From: Candidatus Saccharimonadota bacterium
GTDB lineage: Bacteria > Patescibacteriota > Microgenomatia > UBA1406 > GWC2-37-13
Length of the DNA: 32,000 nucleotides
Reading direction: 5' to 3'
Assembly: GCA_016432445.1 (NCBI GenBank)
Contig: CP066689.1
Span: 930,001-962,000 of the forward strand
Shown: one piece after another, positions 31,016 to 32,000 of the stretch
How positions within the stretch are numbered: the stretch's first letter is position 1
How the letters are laid out: each line of letters begins with the position of its first letter
The notes under the pieces: model-generated
Told to the model about the DNA's origin: nothing
Databases searched by the model: none
Seen by the model: the letters and a program-made list of their open reading frames with translations, nothing else
Program-made: the position numbers and the translations under genes

Positions 31016-31465
31016 TTAAGTTAGTTCAGCTTTCGTCAATTCTCTTTTTATATCTTCTGGTAATTTTCCGGTAACTTCCTGTGATAGTTTATTTAATGGA
31101 TGTTTTATTCCTTCAAGACTTATGGCCATTACTTCGCTTAACCATTCTGTTGCATGTTCCACTTTATCTAAACCGTATTTTTTAATTAACTCTTCAGCTA
31201 ACTCGGGAGTTATTTTAAGATCAGGATCTTTAATCGTACTATTTAAAATATCTTCAGGTTTCAACTCTTGCTTTGTTCCTCCGTTTGTATTTAATGTTTT
31301 GCCTAAATCATTAAAAACCATCGGTCTAAACACTGATCTTAAGACATTTTTACGGCTGTCATCTAACGGATCTCCACTAGGAAGACCTCTCTTAAATACA
31401 GGTACCCTGTCTAGAGTAATATCTACCATCTGCCCCAGTGATAAGTTTTTTACTTCGGTCTCCAT
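31016..31465 (-). CDS. hypothetical protein
   Basis: 149-aa ORF. Its start overlaps the upstream ORF's end by 16 nt. No motif recognised. Confidence 0.5.
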   Translation of the reverse strand: METEVKNLSLGQMVDITLDRVPVFKRGLPSGDPLDDSRKNVLRSVFRPMVFNDLGKTLNTNGGTKQELKPEDILNSTIKDPDLKITPELAEELIKKYGLDKVEHATEWLSEVMAISLEGIKHPLNKLSQEVTGKLPEDIKRELTKAELT

Positions 31466-32000
31466 AATTGTAAATTAGCTCTCCTTATCTCTTTTATTGC
31501 CTTAATCGTCTCGGCTATCTTAGAGTATCCCTTAGAACCTTCTCCTGCTGTAATTTTCAGCTCTTGCTCTAAATATAACTGCATGTTTGAGAGTCGAGAG
31601 TCTCCTAGTTTATGCTCTCCATCTCCTATAATAAAATCCCGAAAAAATTGATTTGAAATCAAGTCATCTACGCGCCGCTGATAGTCAGTTAACTCATGTT
31701 CACCGGCACGATTTTCTCCTATCTTGGTAATTATCTGCAGTTTACCATCAGCTGTAGCAATATTACCCTGATCAAGATCAACTTCACTCTTTTGCTTCCC
31801 TATTAAATCAGCTACAAATTTTCTAAGCTGTTCATAAGAATCTTGATTATAAAGACCAACAACTTCTTGGTGAATAGCAGACTCTTGAACAGTAATTATA
31901 ACATTTCCTTTTGTATCTATTGTAATCTCTGGTTTATTTCCACAAATCCGTCCAACATTAAATCTATAGCTTACAGGAGTTAAAGATTGGGATGCTTGAA
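31450..32000 (-). CDS. hypothetical protein, 3' part (ORF open to the right edge)
   Basis: The track starts it at the TTG at 31662, but my translation stays open in the same frame up to position 32000 (QASQSLTPVSYRFNVGRICGNKPEITIDTKGNVIITVQES...). Confidence 0.55.
   Translation of the reverse strand, partial: QASQSLTPVSYRFNVGRICGNKPEITIDTKGNVIITVQESAIHQEVVGLYNQDSYEQLRKFVADLIGKQKSEVDLDQGNIATADGKLQIITKIGENRAGEHELTDYQRRVDDLISNQFFRDFIIGDGEHKLGDSRLSNMQLYLEQELKITAGEGSKGYSKIAETIKAIKEIRRANLQLWRPK

Overview
AT-rich, tightly packed bacterial window. Gene content and style suggest a Candidate Phyla Radiation (Patescibacteria) genome; that assignment is inference only. Evidence for it: a giant orphan ORF, GT-C-like giant membrane proteins, an orphan TraD/VirD4-like ATPase, YtxH, many -10 boxes sitting a few nt from start codons, and abundant degenerate heptamer/octamer hairpin repeats. 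Recognisable genes, left to right: a copper module (HMA membrane protein <- | -> csoR, cupredoxin-like, copA), dnaB, an MBL-fold hydrolase, tRNA-Thr(GGU), a 1398-aa orphan ORF whose 3' end runs antisense into the tRNA, a SpoU/TrmH methyltransferase, a DUF11-like surface protein, a glycosylation cluster (GT4 plus two large polytopic proteins), a TraD/VirD4-like ATPase, YtxH, an IS200-like HUH-Y1 (RAYT-type) transposase flanked by inverted REP-like repeats, a PNPOx-like flavoprotein, prephenate dehydrogenase, and trpA-trpB preceded by a small duplicated ORF, a candidate Trp-codon leader peptide with terminator/antiterminator, and a YerC/TrpR-like gene. The main unexplained signal is three dispersed, visibly GC-rich cassettes (about 12.39-13.81 kb, 23.48-24.20 kb, 27.04-27.89 kb). 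Each has its own sigma70-like promoter, canonical GGAGG ribosome-binding sites that native genes lack, unrelated small envelope or Zn-ribbon ORFs, and shared 5' and 3' boundary boxes. The 5' box is ACTTTRAYAR...GGGTTCA; the 3' boxes are AATCTGAACCCTWATCT and GCTTTACCGCGA. In two cassettes a perfect inverted repeat (14 bp and 10 bp) brackets the whole coding module. I cannot assign this to any known element class. Also notable are palindromic repeats inserted in the same reading frame into copA and trmH. All calls come from reading the sequence and ORF track; no database search was possible.
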